A stretch of 63,454 bases of DNA, filler included, from Octopus bimaculoides (GCF_001194135.2; 5 parts of 5 records of this genome joined end to end with filler, not necessarily neighbours in it); one strand, 5' to 3'. Counted from the whole stretch's first letter, positions 51,174-63,404 are shown. Numbers and translations: made by a program. The notes: generated by a model from the letters alone, not told the origin.

Positions 51174-51938
51174 NNNNNNNNNNNNNNNNNNNNNNNNNNN
51201 NNNNNNNNNNNNNNNNNNNNNNNNNNNNNNNNNNNNNNNNNNNNNNNNNNNNNNNNNNNNNNNNNNNNNNNNNNNNNNNNNNNNNNNNNNNNNNNNNNNN
51301 NNNNNNNNNNNNNNNNNNNNNNNNNNNNNNNNNNNNNNNNNNNNNNNNNNNNNNNNNNNNNNNNNNNNNNNNNNNNNNNNNNNNNNNNNNNNNNNNNNNN
51401 NNNNNNNNNNNNNNNNNNNNNNNNNNNNNNNNNNNNNNNNNNNNNNNNNNNNNNNNNNNNNNNNNNNNNNNNNNNNNNNNNNNNNNNNNNNNNNNNNNNN
51501 NNNNNNNNNNNNNNNNNNNNNNNNNNNNNNNNNNNNNNNNNNNNNNNNNNNNNNNNNNNNNNNNNNNNNNNNNNNNNNNNNNNNNNNNNNNNNNNNNNNN
51601 NNNNNNNNNNNNNNNNNNNNNNNNNNNNNNNNNNNNNNNNNNNNNNNNNNNNNNNNNNNNNNNNNNNNNNNNNNNNNNNNNNNNNNNNNNNNNNNNNNNN
51701 NNNNNNNNNNNNNNNNNNNNNNNNNNNNNNNNNNNNNNNNNNNNNNNNNNNNNNNNNNNNNNNNNNNNNNNNNNNNNNNNNNNNNNNNNNNNNNNNNNNN
51801 NNNNNNNNNNNNNNNNNNNNNNNNNNNNNNNNNNNNNNNNNNNNNNNNNNNNNNNNNNNNNNNNNNNNNACACACACACACATATACATATATATACATG
51901 CCTGCATGCGCACATATGTAATTCTTTTTGACGTTAAC

Positions 51939-51979
<41 letters not shown>

Positions 51980-51992
51980 TTATTTATATATA

Positions 51993-52405
51993 CGAGGAGG
52001 TACCCAAAAGTAACCGGAAACGCTCTCTGTGAGACAAGCCCATAGTAGGTTAGGCTTCCAACGCTAGAAGCCACTTGATGCAACCCTCAGGCATCAGTGT
52101 TGTCCAGTGTAGTTGTACTACAACGTGGTGTGTCTTTGTTTTGCAGTGCTTTAACCCTGTTCGTCGATTTATGCGATGGTTGAAATGAAAGAACAGCGTG
52201 CTTCCGTGAAATTCTATTTTCTGCTGGGGAAAACGGCGACCGAAACAGTTGTCATGCATCAAACAGCTTACAAGGATGCTGCCATGAGCAAAACACAAGT
52301 TTACGAGTGGTTTCCACGCTTTAGAAATGGTCACTTGCCGCTTGAAGACCAACTTCGTTCAGGGCAACCATTGACCTCTCGAACGAATTTAAACATCTTG
52401 AAAAT
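51993..52405 (+). pseudogene. Mariner left end and transposase N-terminal HTH fragment
   Basis: TA|CGAGGAGGTACCCAAAAG terminus; ORF from 52176 MVEMKEQRASVKFYFLLGKTATET..KTQVYEWFPRFRNG..EDQLRSGQP. Confidence 0.92.
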
Positions 52406-52827
52406 GTTTATTTATGTACTCCAAGTTGATTTTCACGTTCCTGCTCTACAGCTGGATAAAAAGAGAACAACTTTGAAAATTGCCAGTCGTAATACTGAGC
52501 ATCGAACAAATAATTATACTCTAACACATGTATTGAGTACTTTTCCTACCGTCTGTAAATTAAAACATAATACGCACGCACTCACACGGACAAACATACC
52601 CCCCCCCAAACACTCTCAAGCACACACAAACACACATGCATATATGTATATATATATATATATAGGTATATTTGTGTTAGATCCATTCACACGAATTTAA
52701 TGATATGTTGGTTAAAGAATCTGTTAGATGTTGCGCCGTTTATAAATTTGAAGTGTTCTTTCAGTCAACTCTCCTTCCACACAATTCCGGTTGCAACACG
52801 CTTCCACTTACACCGTTTCTTCTTCCC

Positions 52828-52859
<32 letters not shown>

Positions 52860-53984
52860 NNNNNNNNNNNNNNNNNNNNNNNNNNNNNNNNNNNNNNNNN
52901 NNNNNNNNNNNNNNNNNNNNNNNNNNNNNNNNNNNNNNNNNNNNNNNNNNNNNNNNNNNNNNNNNNNNNNNNNNNNNNNNNNNNNNNNNNNNNNNNNNNN
53001 NNNNNNNNNNNNNNNNNNNNNNNNNNNNNNNNNNNNNNNNNNNNNNNNNNNNNNNNNNNNNNNNNNNNNNNNNNNNNNNNNNNNNNNNNNNNNNNNNNNN
53101 NNNNNNNNNNNNNNNNNNNNNNNNNNNNNNNNNNNNNNNNNNNNNNNNNNNNNNNNNNNNNNNNNNNNNNNNNNNNNNNNNNNNNNNNNNNNNNNNNNNN
53201 NNNNNNNNNNNNNNNNNNNNNNNNNNNNNNNNNNNNNNNNNNNNNNNNNNNNNNNNNNNNNNNNNNNNNNNNNNNNNNNNNNNNNNNNNNNNNNNNNNNN
53301 NNNNNNNNNNNNNNNNNNNNNNNNNNNNNNNNNNNNNNNNNNNNNNNNNNNNNNNNNNNNNNNNNNNNNNNNNNNNNNNNNNNNNNNNNNNNNNNNNNNN
53401 NNNNNNNNNNNNNNNNNNNNNNNNNNNNNNNNNNNNNNNNNNNNNNNNNNNNNNNNNNNNNNNNNNNNNNNNNNNNNNNNNNNNNNNNNNNNNNNNNNNN
53501 NNNNNNNNNNNNNNNNNNNNNNNNNNNNNNNNNNNNNNNNNNNNNNNNNNNNNNNNNNNNNNNNNNNNNNNNNNNNNNNNNNNNNNNNNNNNNNNNNNNN
53601 NNNNNNNNNNNNNNNNNNNNNNNNNNNNNNNNNNNNNNNNNNNNNNNNNNNNNNNNNNNNNNNNNNNNNNNNNNNNNNNNNNNNNNNNNNNNNNNNNNNN
53701 NNNNNNNNNNNNNNNNNNNNNNNNNNNNNNNNNNNNNNATATATATATATGCACATATATATATACAAACACATATACATGCATGTACATATATATATAA
53801 GCATATACATAAGTACATACGTACATACATACCTACATACATGCATATATACATCTATATGTATGTTCTTGTCTTGCTTAAAATGACCAGCAGCTGGAAA
53901 GAATGAATGACTCAACATCAACTGAGAAATAAATTCACCTGTTCTATACTTAACCGTCATATATATATATATATAACAGTCATG

Positions 53985-54018
<34 letters not shown>

Positions 54019-54146
54019 CATGACTGTTATATATATATATGACGGTTATTTTTATTTCTATCTTATTTTTGCTGTTGTTTTTCTTCTGGTCTCTACCACA
54101 CCTCTGTTTTTACCTCTTGCTCTACATTTGTATGAAACCCTTTGTG

Positions 54147-54275
54147 AATCTCTGAAGAGGCCTAGCGGTTCGGGCATGTAACCCCATTTCAAAATGTCAT
54201 CCGATAATCACTCCGGAAAGGAATATTCGGATAGAATGGGGCTTGCTAAAACTAGGCCGAAACAGCTGTAAGATT
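54147..54275 (+). ncRNA. Type I hammerhead ribozyme (minimal helix III, long helix II)
   Basis: Helix I AATCT/AGATT; CTGAAGA 54152-54158; helix II GGCCTAG/CTAGGCC; GAAA 54259-54262; C-AGCT-G; GUA site at 54268-54270. Confidence 0.85.
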
Positions 54276-54649
54276 AAACTTCTGTTCATCCTCTAATTCC
54301 TTATGTACTTTGTACTTCTATATGTAAACCAGGTTGGCAAAATAACANNNNNNNNNNNNNNNNNNNNNNNNNNNNNNNNNNNNNNNNNNNNNNNNNNNNN
54401 NNNNNNNNNNNNNNNNNNNNNNNNNNNNNNNNNNNNNNNNNNNNNNNNNNNNNNNNNNNNNNNNNNNNNNNNNNNNNNNNNNNNNNNNNNNNNNNNNNNN
54501 NNNNNNNNNNNNNNNNNNNNNNNNNNNNNNNNNNNNNNNNNNNNNNNNNNNNNNNNNNNNNNNNNNNNNNNNNNNNNNNNNNNNNNNNNNNNNNNNNNNN
54601 NNNNNNNNNNNNNNNNNNNNNNNNNNNNNNNNNNNNNNNNNNNNNNNNN

Positions 54650-54698
<49 letters not shown>

Positions 54699-56046
54699 TA
54701 TATGCACAGTATTAAGGATTTGAGTGAATCAGGTACTTAAATGATAGACACAAGGTTGGGTCGAATTTAACTTGTAAACAGCCCCTTAATCAAATAAATA
54801 TACTGTGTACCGGAGTACATCCAGGTTATGTAGACAAAAAATATAACTTTTATGAGTATTTTAATAGCCTATGTCCTAATCCAAAGCGTACATTCATCAT
54901 ACGGTATTTTATATACTCCAGAATATCCGACGTGTTGGGCTGCCAGTGAGGTATATTATGAAAAAATAAATTACAAACGATGGATAAGTGTCACTTCGTT
55001 ACAGCTGTTTCCAAACGAATTTTTAAATTAGATTGATGAGTACATTACATCATAATAAAAAAAACCCACGTTCTTCAGATGATACATAACATTTCAAACA
55101 ATATAAGAACAACACATGACCACAGTGAGCGAACCAAAACTGATTCCAACCAAGGTAGGATGGAATGAGAGAAAAAAAGCAAAGCTAGGATGACATTAAG
55201 AAGTTAGTTATGGATAGGGCGTACAAAAGATTTATCGCTTCTAGGGCAGTTAGTGAGCATGCTAGGGATGGGAGAGAAAGAGCCAGGCAGTCTAGGTCCT
55301 TATCATAAACCTGTAAGAAAATGCTTGAGTTAATTATATATGTATCTCCTTGCTATTTATTTTATTTTATGCTAGCTTTATTACATTAGGATTTGAGATG
55401 GGGATAGAGGCACAGGAGTTGAAATTAAGCTAAAGGATACTTAATGCCATTAAGTATTCAATGTGAGTGCAACACAAACTTATTTAAAATTAAAGAGGAG
55501 AAAGAATTTAAGTAGGAATTCGGAGTTATAACGGAAAATAGTGATGACATTAATGAGAGTGGGAGATAATATTAGCTAAATGGTGTAGGTGAGATTGTAT
55601 AAATTATGAAGAATATAGATCTAGAAGCAATAATAATTCATAATAACGAACAGTAATAATAAGGATCATACATCAAGAATAAGGATGCTTTGAAGTCGTT
55701 GTGCCATAAGCAAAACGGAATTAATACAGGGATGTAATACAATGAACTCAGAAATGATATTAAGCCGCATAAGGGGTTTATGAGAATGCTGATAATGAAA
55801 ACTAATAATAATCGTAGATTGGTTCTATCTTGAGCGATGATTTTTCAGAGTAAGGTTCAAGACAGGTAAAATACCAACAGAAACCTATTATAGGTTATAT
55901 ACATACATACTTATAGAAATATGATATGTACACCCAAAAGAAGTATAAAATAATGGGTAAGGAAAAAATGGGTAGTGGTATTAGTGTACTACCTGTTATT
56001 CGAATTATAGAGTTCCGAAGGTAAAACCAAAATTATCTAATATACT

Positions 56047-56254
56047 TTTCTACTCTAGGCACAAGGACCGGAATTTTGGCGGAAGGGGCCAGTCGATTAG
56101 ATCGACCGCAATACGTAACTGGTACTTAGTTTATCGATCCCGAAAGGATGAAAGGCAAAGTCGATCTCAGGAAAATTAGAACCCAGAACGTAAAGACAGA
56201 CGAAATACTGTTAGGCATTTCGCCCGGTGCGTACGATTCTGCTAGCTCGCCGCC
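56047..56254 (-). mobile_element. SINE family A, full length, eroded TSD
   Basis: Flanks ACCAAAATTATCTAATATA and ACCAAAACTATCAATTATA (16/19). Confidence 0.9.
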
Positions 56255-56402
56255 ATACCAAAACTATCAATTATATATCACATAATATAGAGATGGGAAG
56301 AGGATATACCAAATCAGTATCGTTTGTGAGTTACTCAAAGTTTCACATGACCGTCGGACAGTTGTGATGATACTGAATAAAAAAAAATGTGGGTACATGT
56401 GA

Positions 56403-56458
56403 TATAATATAATATAATATAATATAATATAATATAATATAATATAATATAATATAAT
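56403..56458. repeat. (TATAA)n pentanucleotide repeat
   Basis: Direct reading. Confidence 0.9.
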
Positions 56459-56623
56459 ACAATGTAGTCGTTACAGTTCAACGACTAAGCAATTTAATTT
56501 GATTGTCTGATTTCAAAGAAATAACGGTGAGAGTTAGCTGCCAGAGGGGGTTAACCTCAACGGTGGAATAAACAATAATTAATAATTAAATTGAAAAAAA
56601 AAACGGTAACTAAAAAATCCACC

Positions 56624-56662
<39 letters not shown>

Positions 56663-56664
56663 GC

Positions 56665-56860
56665 TTATTCTTTTACTATTTTACTTGTTTCCGTCATTTG
56701 ACTGCACTCATGCTGGAGCACCACCTTTTAGTTGTATAAATCGATCCCAGGACTTATTCTTTGTAAGCCTAGTGTTTATTCTATCGGTCTCTTTTGTCGA
56801 GCCGCTAAAGTACATCGGTTGCCAAGCGATGGTGGGGGAACAAACACAGACACATATACA
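56665..56860 (-). mobile_element. SINE family B 3' half (5' end in gap)
   Basis: TTACTTGTTTCCGTCATTTGACTGC..TGCTGGAGCACCACCTT tail. Confidence 0.85.
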
Positions 56861-58367
56861 TGCATACATATATATANNNNNNNNNNNNNNNNNNNNNNNN
56901 NNNNNNNNNNNNNNNNNNNNNNNNNNNNNNNNNNNNNNNNNNNNNNNNNNNNNNNNNNNNNNNNNNNNNNNNNNNNNNNNNNNNNNNNNNNNNNNNNNNN
57001 NNNNNNNNNNNNNNNNNNNNNNNNNNNNNNNNNNNNNNNNNNNNNNNNNNNNNNNNNNNNNNNNNNNNNNNNNNNNNNNNNNNNNNNNNNNNNNNNNNNN
57101 NNNNNNNNNNNNNNNNNNNNNNNNNNNNNNNNNNNNNNNNNNNNNNNNNNNNNNNNNNNNNNNNNNNNNNNNNNNNNNNNNNNNNNNNNNNNNNNNNNNN
57201 NNNNNNNNNNNNNNNNNNNNNNNNNNNNNNNNNNNNNNNNNNNNNNNNNNNNNNNNNNNNNNNNNNNNNNNNNNNNNNNNNNNNNNNNNNNNNNNNNNNN
57301 NNNNNNNNNNNNNNNNNNNNNNNNNNNNNNNNNNNNNNNNNNNNNNNNNNNNNNNNNNNNNNNNNNNNNNNNNNNNNNNNNNNNNNNNNNNNNNNNNNNN
57401 NNNNNNNNNNNNNNNNNNNNNNNNNNNNNNNNNNNNNNNNNNNNNNNNNNNNNNNNNNNNNNNNNNNNNNNNNNNNNNNNNNNNNNNNNNNNNNNNNNNN
57501 NNNNNNNNNNNNNNNNNNNNNNNNNNNNNNNNNNNNNNNNNNNNNNNNNNNNNNNNNNNNNNNNNNNNNNNNNNNNNNNNNNNNNNNNNNNNNNNNNNNN
57601 NNNNNNNNNNNNNNNNNNNNNNNNNNNNNNNNNNNNNNNNNNNNNNNNNNNNNNNNNNNNNNNNNNNNNNNNNNNNNNNNNNNNNNNNNNNNNNNNNNNN
57701 NNNNNNNNNNNNNNNNNNNNNNNNNNNNNNNNNNNNNNNNNNNNNNNNNNNNNNNNNNNNNNNNNNNNNNNNNNNNNNNNNNNNNNNNNNNNNNNNNNNN
57801 NNNNNNNNNNATACATACACATATATATACAGATCTTTTCGACGTTAATAAATTGCATGTATGGTTTTATTTCAAAATATCTTGCCAACAGAGAAAAAAC
57901 CGGCTTCTAACCTAGATCCAGGGCTCCTTCATTAGAATTTCAACAACAACAAGGTATTTTTGTATGTATGTATGTATGTATGTATGTATGTATATGTGTA
58001 GATTTGTATGTTTTGTTTTATGTATGTATTCTCATGCATATAACTGCATGTCTAGACATGCTCATATATATATTTAAACGATAAACTTTTGGTAAGTTTT
58101 ACAAATTTTTATAGTTTCAGTAATAGCTTGGACCTGTAGTCTTCGAATCGGCTTTCACCTTTCTGGTTTTGAAAAGCTTAATTTCTGAAGATTGGTAACT
58201 AGGCAGTGTGCTACATATCCCAATGCCCCAATAATTACAGGTATAAAGCTGAACTTTTAATCTGGCTAGAGTAACTGTAGATTTAGGGTTGCCCTGGTTG
58301 AAATATAGAACAGTTCTATCAGAGTTAACTAGGGTTATGTATGTATGTATGTATGTATCTCCAGGTG

Positions 58368-58476
58368 ACGAGCTTTTTACAGTTTCTGTCTTCCAAGTCT
58401 GCTTACAAGGCTTTATTTGGGACTGAACTCCAGGCCATGTGGTTGGAAAGCAAACGTCTGACCACACAGCCACTCA
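58368..58476 (-). mobile_element. SINE family B head, deleted
   Basis: GGACTGAACTCCAGGCCATGTGGTTGGAAAGCAA..ACCACACAGCCAC. Confidence 0.75.
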
Positions 58477-58480
58477 TGGA

Positions 58481-58521
<41 letters not shown>

Positions 58522-58568
58522 NNNNNNNNNNNNNNNNNNNNNNNNNNNNNNNNNNNNNNNNNNNNNNN

Positions 58569-58614
<46 letters not shown>

Positions 58615-59602
58615 AAGAAGGAGGAATGGTTGGGGAGAAAGAGAGATCTATGGTCAATAGTGTTTTCTCTGTATTTTCTTTTATATTTCTATTGACGTCA
58701 AACGAACAGTTGCCTTTCATAAGAGACCAGTTTTTACGCTACCAAAACCGTAATATTAACTCGATGGTGTTTTAGAATTTTTTCTGCTGTTTTCAATTCC
58801 ACCTTCGCCCATTATTCTTTTGATCCATCACCTTAATTATTTACTGTTTTGTTTATTCCTTTTTTTTTCTTTCAACTTAATCTAGAAATCATTTCCTGTC
58901 TCGTGGGAAAGTTGTATGTCGTTGACGGTCTTTTTTCATTTGATAATAATATAGTGAATATCTTCAGGTTTGGTTTTTCATTTCGTCCATTTATTAGCAG
59001 TTGATGGGTTTTTGGTTTCTTGAGCTGAAAGTACATCGTGGAAATTTCATGCTGCTTGCTTCCATTGGCGGTAACTTTTTTGTGCCGAGACAGTAAAAAA
59101 CTTCTCGGTACCCAATGGCAGGTTCTTCCTGTGAATTATTTCTTCTATGGTCCCTGTTCTTCTTTTCAAGTACCCTTCAAGTACCTATGTACTTCAATTC
59201 TCAGTGAATCGATCTATTTTCTTCCTTTCTCTTGTTAACAGCTTCACCATTCCTGATACCTTTGGACAGGATGAGGATATCAGGAATGGTGAACCTGACT
59301 TTTTGATTTTCTTGTGCACAAAGCAATTTTATCACGCTTTACCATCATCATAAATACATTTTTAGATTCACGAAATTACCATTCCTCTATTTATAGAATA
59401 TTGGCGAATGAGACCCAAATACTTATTCATATGCTTAAATACACGTCCATATAGCTTCCATAAACATCCCTCTCCCTGAAAAGTTGACTGATGTTCCCAG
59501 ATGAAAGTATGTATTATTTTTATATCAGAATAACTATTTCTACAATCAACATGTTCTATGAGCAAGTATGATGATAAATTTAAAAAGAAAACGAATAGTA
59601 GG

Positions 59603-59769
59603 AGGAGCAGGCGTGGTTGTGTGGTAAGAAGCCTGCTTCCCAACCACATGCTTCCGGGTTCATTTCCATAGCGTCGTACTTTGGGCATGTATCTTCTACT
59701 ATAGTCTCGGGCAGACCAAAGCCTTATGAATGGATATTTGGTAGACAGAAACTCAATGAAGCCCGTTCT

Positions 59770-59814
<45 letters not shown>

Positions 59815-59824
59815 NNNNNNNNNN

Positions 59825-59862
<38 letters not shown>

Positions 59863-60025
59863 GTTTGTGTATGTCTGTGTTTGTCTCCCACCACTGCTTG
59901 ACAACTGGTATTGGGCTTTAAAAAAGAGTAAGTACTGGAGTCGATTCATTCAACTAAAAGTTCCGCCATGCTGGGTGTCCCAGCATGGCCACAGTCTAAT
60001 TACTGAAACAAGTAGCAGATAAAAG
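59603..60025 (+). mobile_element. SINE family B, full length with internal (GT)n
   Basis: Head GTGTGGTAAGAAGCCTGCTTCCCAACCACATG; tail CAGCATGGCCACAGTC..CTGAAACAAGTA. Confidence 0.88.
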
Positions 60026-60472
60026 ATGTCGACTTGTATGACGAGTTGTTGGTCCCGTATCACATTCAGTATTAGCAGTGGCTTCTTAAGAATGAAAAGT
60101 CTAACAGTAAACATATTTTGATCAGGTATAGAATAGCAATGCCTGGTGGTTGGAGGAATTTGGCTAATTGTAATGGTTTCATAATCCACCCAGGTGGCGT
60201 AGCGTCCAAGGTTTTCTTAGACTATACATACATTATTGCCATTTCCTGGGGTTATCAACGGATGTATGCATATATGTATGTATATATGTACGTGTTTGTA
60301 TGTATGAATGTACGTATGTATGTGTGTATGTGTTTGTATGTATGTGTGTTTCTATGTGTATGTATGCATGTTAGTAAGCATAAAAGTATATATGCTTGTA
60401 ATCATGTACGTAATAAGTATGTACGTCTGTATGTATGCGTATATGTATGTATATGCTTATCTCTATATATGT

Positions 60473-60519
<47 letters not shown>

Positions 60520-60666
60520 TTTCTGCGTGTAACTATATATACATACAAACATACATACACACACACACACGCGCGCGCACAAAGAAATGAATATGTATAT
60601 ATATATGTGTATGTGTATATATACATACAATATATATAATGTATGTGAGTGTGCGTCGTACGTATG

Positions 60667-60707
<41 letters not shown>

Positions 60708-61896
60708 AAGTGTATGTGATATTCATTATCCAGACCAACTGAGTTGGTAATTAAAAGTATCGACCGTTAGTTAATGTTGAGACATGATCAATGCAGAGAG
60801 ATGATGATGAAGATGATGATGATGATGTTTCCTTGATAATTAAGGTATTACACACACATGCACACACACGCACTAACATACACACATACATCCATTCATA
60901 CATATACATAGACACACACGCATATACATGCATATAAATGTATATAAATGTTTTAAAGCACGCTTGCACACATCCACGGATATATATATATATACAAATA
61001 TTCAGACACACAACAGTAAACCGTGTTTTACTTACATAGAACAGACCATGATAAACTACACACACACACATGTATAATTATGCGTATACATACACACACA
61101 TATAAATGTATGTATATATGTAAGAACATATAGATATATACATATCCGTTTATGTACACACACACTCGCACACACACATATACATACACACACATATACA
61201 TACACACACATATACATACACACACATAATATATGTACGCGCACGCACTACCTAATTAGATGACTTCTAAGAAGTCCAATACCAGCAGCGTCACTACCCC
61301 CACCGCCACCACCACCACCACCACCACCACCACCACCNNNNNNNNNNNNNNNNNNNNNNNNNNNNNNNNNNNNNNNNNNNNTTAATTAATTAANNNNNNN
61401 NNNNNNNNNNNNNNNNNNNNNNNNNNNNNNNNNNNNNCACACACACACACACACACACATATATATAACCATGTAACTAAGGAGTTACATGATGCAGGCA
61501 TTTCGAATCCGCATGAAGGAATACTTCTAGCATGAAATGGAATATGGTTTCGTTGCTGCTATTGCTTTCAATTTTACCTGGAATTCAGAGTCCTTTTACT
61601 CGACATTCTTATAATCTACACTTGTCTTCCCGATACCTGCATACACATGCTAAAGAGGTGGTTCCTAAATGTTTACCATTTTCGTGGAATTACCTTCCAC
61701 TTATGTCTCAGATTAAAAATCTTTCAACTTGGAGAAGTATTTAAAGCGTTAGGTATTCTAGATTGCATATATTGATCCAAAATTAATAGAAAAAAGATTA
61801 TTGATGAGTTTAAAGAAACGAGTTGATGGCCACGGCTGGACTTTTCTCTTTTTCGTTTCTTTGAGTATATGTCTATATTGTCAGGATTGCCCTTCT

Positions 61897-61939
<43 letters not shown>

Positions 61940-62187
61940 TATATATATATTCACACACACATATTATGCATGAATGTATAAGTATATATACGTATATTTT
62001 TATTTATATATATATAAATATATACATATACATATAAATATATACACATGTATATACATATATATATATACAAGAATAAGGGCAAGGAATCATCAATTAA
62101 TAATAGAATTAATAATTAACAATTTTGCCAAGTAGTTCAGTATGAAAAAACCTTTATCGGTAAAACCATTTATCATCATATATATAC

Positions 62188-62316
62188 AGGGATTAGCATT
62201 GAGTTGCTTCTCCAACATACTGAAAATTTAGAAATAGCAGTCAAAGAATCAGTAGTTCTTTGACTGCTATTTCTAAATTTTCAGTATGTTGGAGAAGCAA
62301 CTCAATGCTAATCCCT
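62188..62316. repeat. Perfect 61-bp inverted repeat with 7-nt loop (MITE or foldback artefact)
   Basis: Arms 62188-62248 and 62256-62316 identical; preceded by TA|CAGGG; right end abuts a gap. Confidence 0.85.
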
Positions 62317-62737
62317 NNNNNNNNNNNNNNNNNNNNNNNNNNNNNNNNNNNNNNNNNNNNNNNNNNNNNNNNNNNNNNNNNNNNNNNNNNNNNNNNNNNN
62401 NNNNNNNNNNNNNNNNNNNNNNNNNNNNNNNNNNNNNNNNNNNNNNNNNNNNNNNNNNNNNNNNNNNNNNNNNNNNNNNNNNNNNNNNNNNNNNNNNNNN
62501 NNNNNNNNNNNNNNNNNNNNNNNNNNNNNNNNNNNNNNNNNNNNNNNNNNNNNNNNNNNNNNNNNNNNNNNNNNNNNNNNNNNNNNNNNNNNNNNNNNNN
62601 NNNNNNNNNNNNNNNNNNNNNNNNNNNNNNNNNNNNNNNNNNNNNNNNNNNNNNNNNNNNNNNNNNNNNNNNNNNNNNNNNNNNNNNNNNNNNNNNNNNN
62701 NNNNTATATATATATATATATATATATGTCTCCGTAT

Positions 62738-62774
62738 TCTTTCTGTTGAAGAGCGTAGCTCGAAACGTCAAAGA
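62738..62774 (+). ncRNA. Minimal hammerhead-like motif with variant core
   Basis: TCTTT-CTGTTGA-A-GAG(CGTAG)CTC-GAAAC-GTC-AAAGA. Confidence 0.55.
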
Positions 62775-63044
62775 CTTTCCGTATTCCCGAGCGTCATACT
62801 AATATATACTTTTGTTATTTACACCACCTGTCCTCGTCTGTTGTTATTATTTGTATATTCTCCCATATATATATATATACATATATATATATATTCACAC
62901 ACACATATTATGTATGAATGTATAAGTATATATACGTATATGTTTATTTATATATATATAAATATATACATATACATATAAATATATACACATATATGTA
63001 CATATATATATATAGATAGATAGATAGATAGACAGACAAATGGA

Positions 63045-63077
<33 letters not shown>

Positions 63078-63404
63078 GGACAGACAGAAAGACAGGCAGA
63101 CAGACAGACAGACAGACAGACATACAGACAGACAGACAGATGGATAGATTGATAGAAAGAGAGAAAGAGAGAGAGAGAGATAAATACATAGATAGAGAGG
63201 GCGAGAGAGAGAGAAACCGGAGGAGAGGGATGTATAGAGAGAGGGGCAGAGAGAGAGGACATAGTCTTGTATATTTAAATGGTTTATACTGAAAACAGAA
63301 GAGAAAAAAGTTTTAATATATGCCTAGGCATGAAACTATACGTTTGAAATCGTGGATGTATATCTATATACATGAGTGTGTCTCTGTACGTAAGTAAGTG
63401 TGTG

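Noticed and set aside
2285-62981. Long ORFs in the supplied track spanning N runs or microsatellites (poly-X, YIYI, CVCV, poly-H/E/S/M)
   Set aside because: Open only because of gaps or simple repeats
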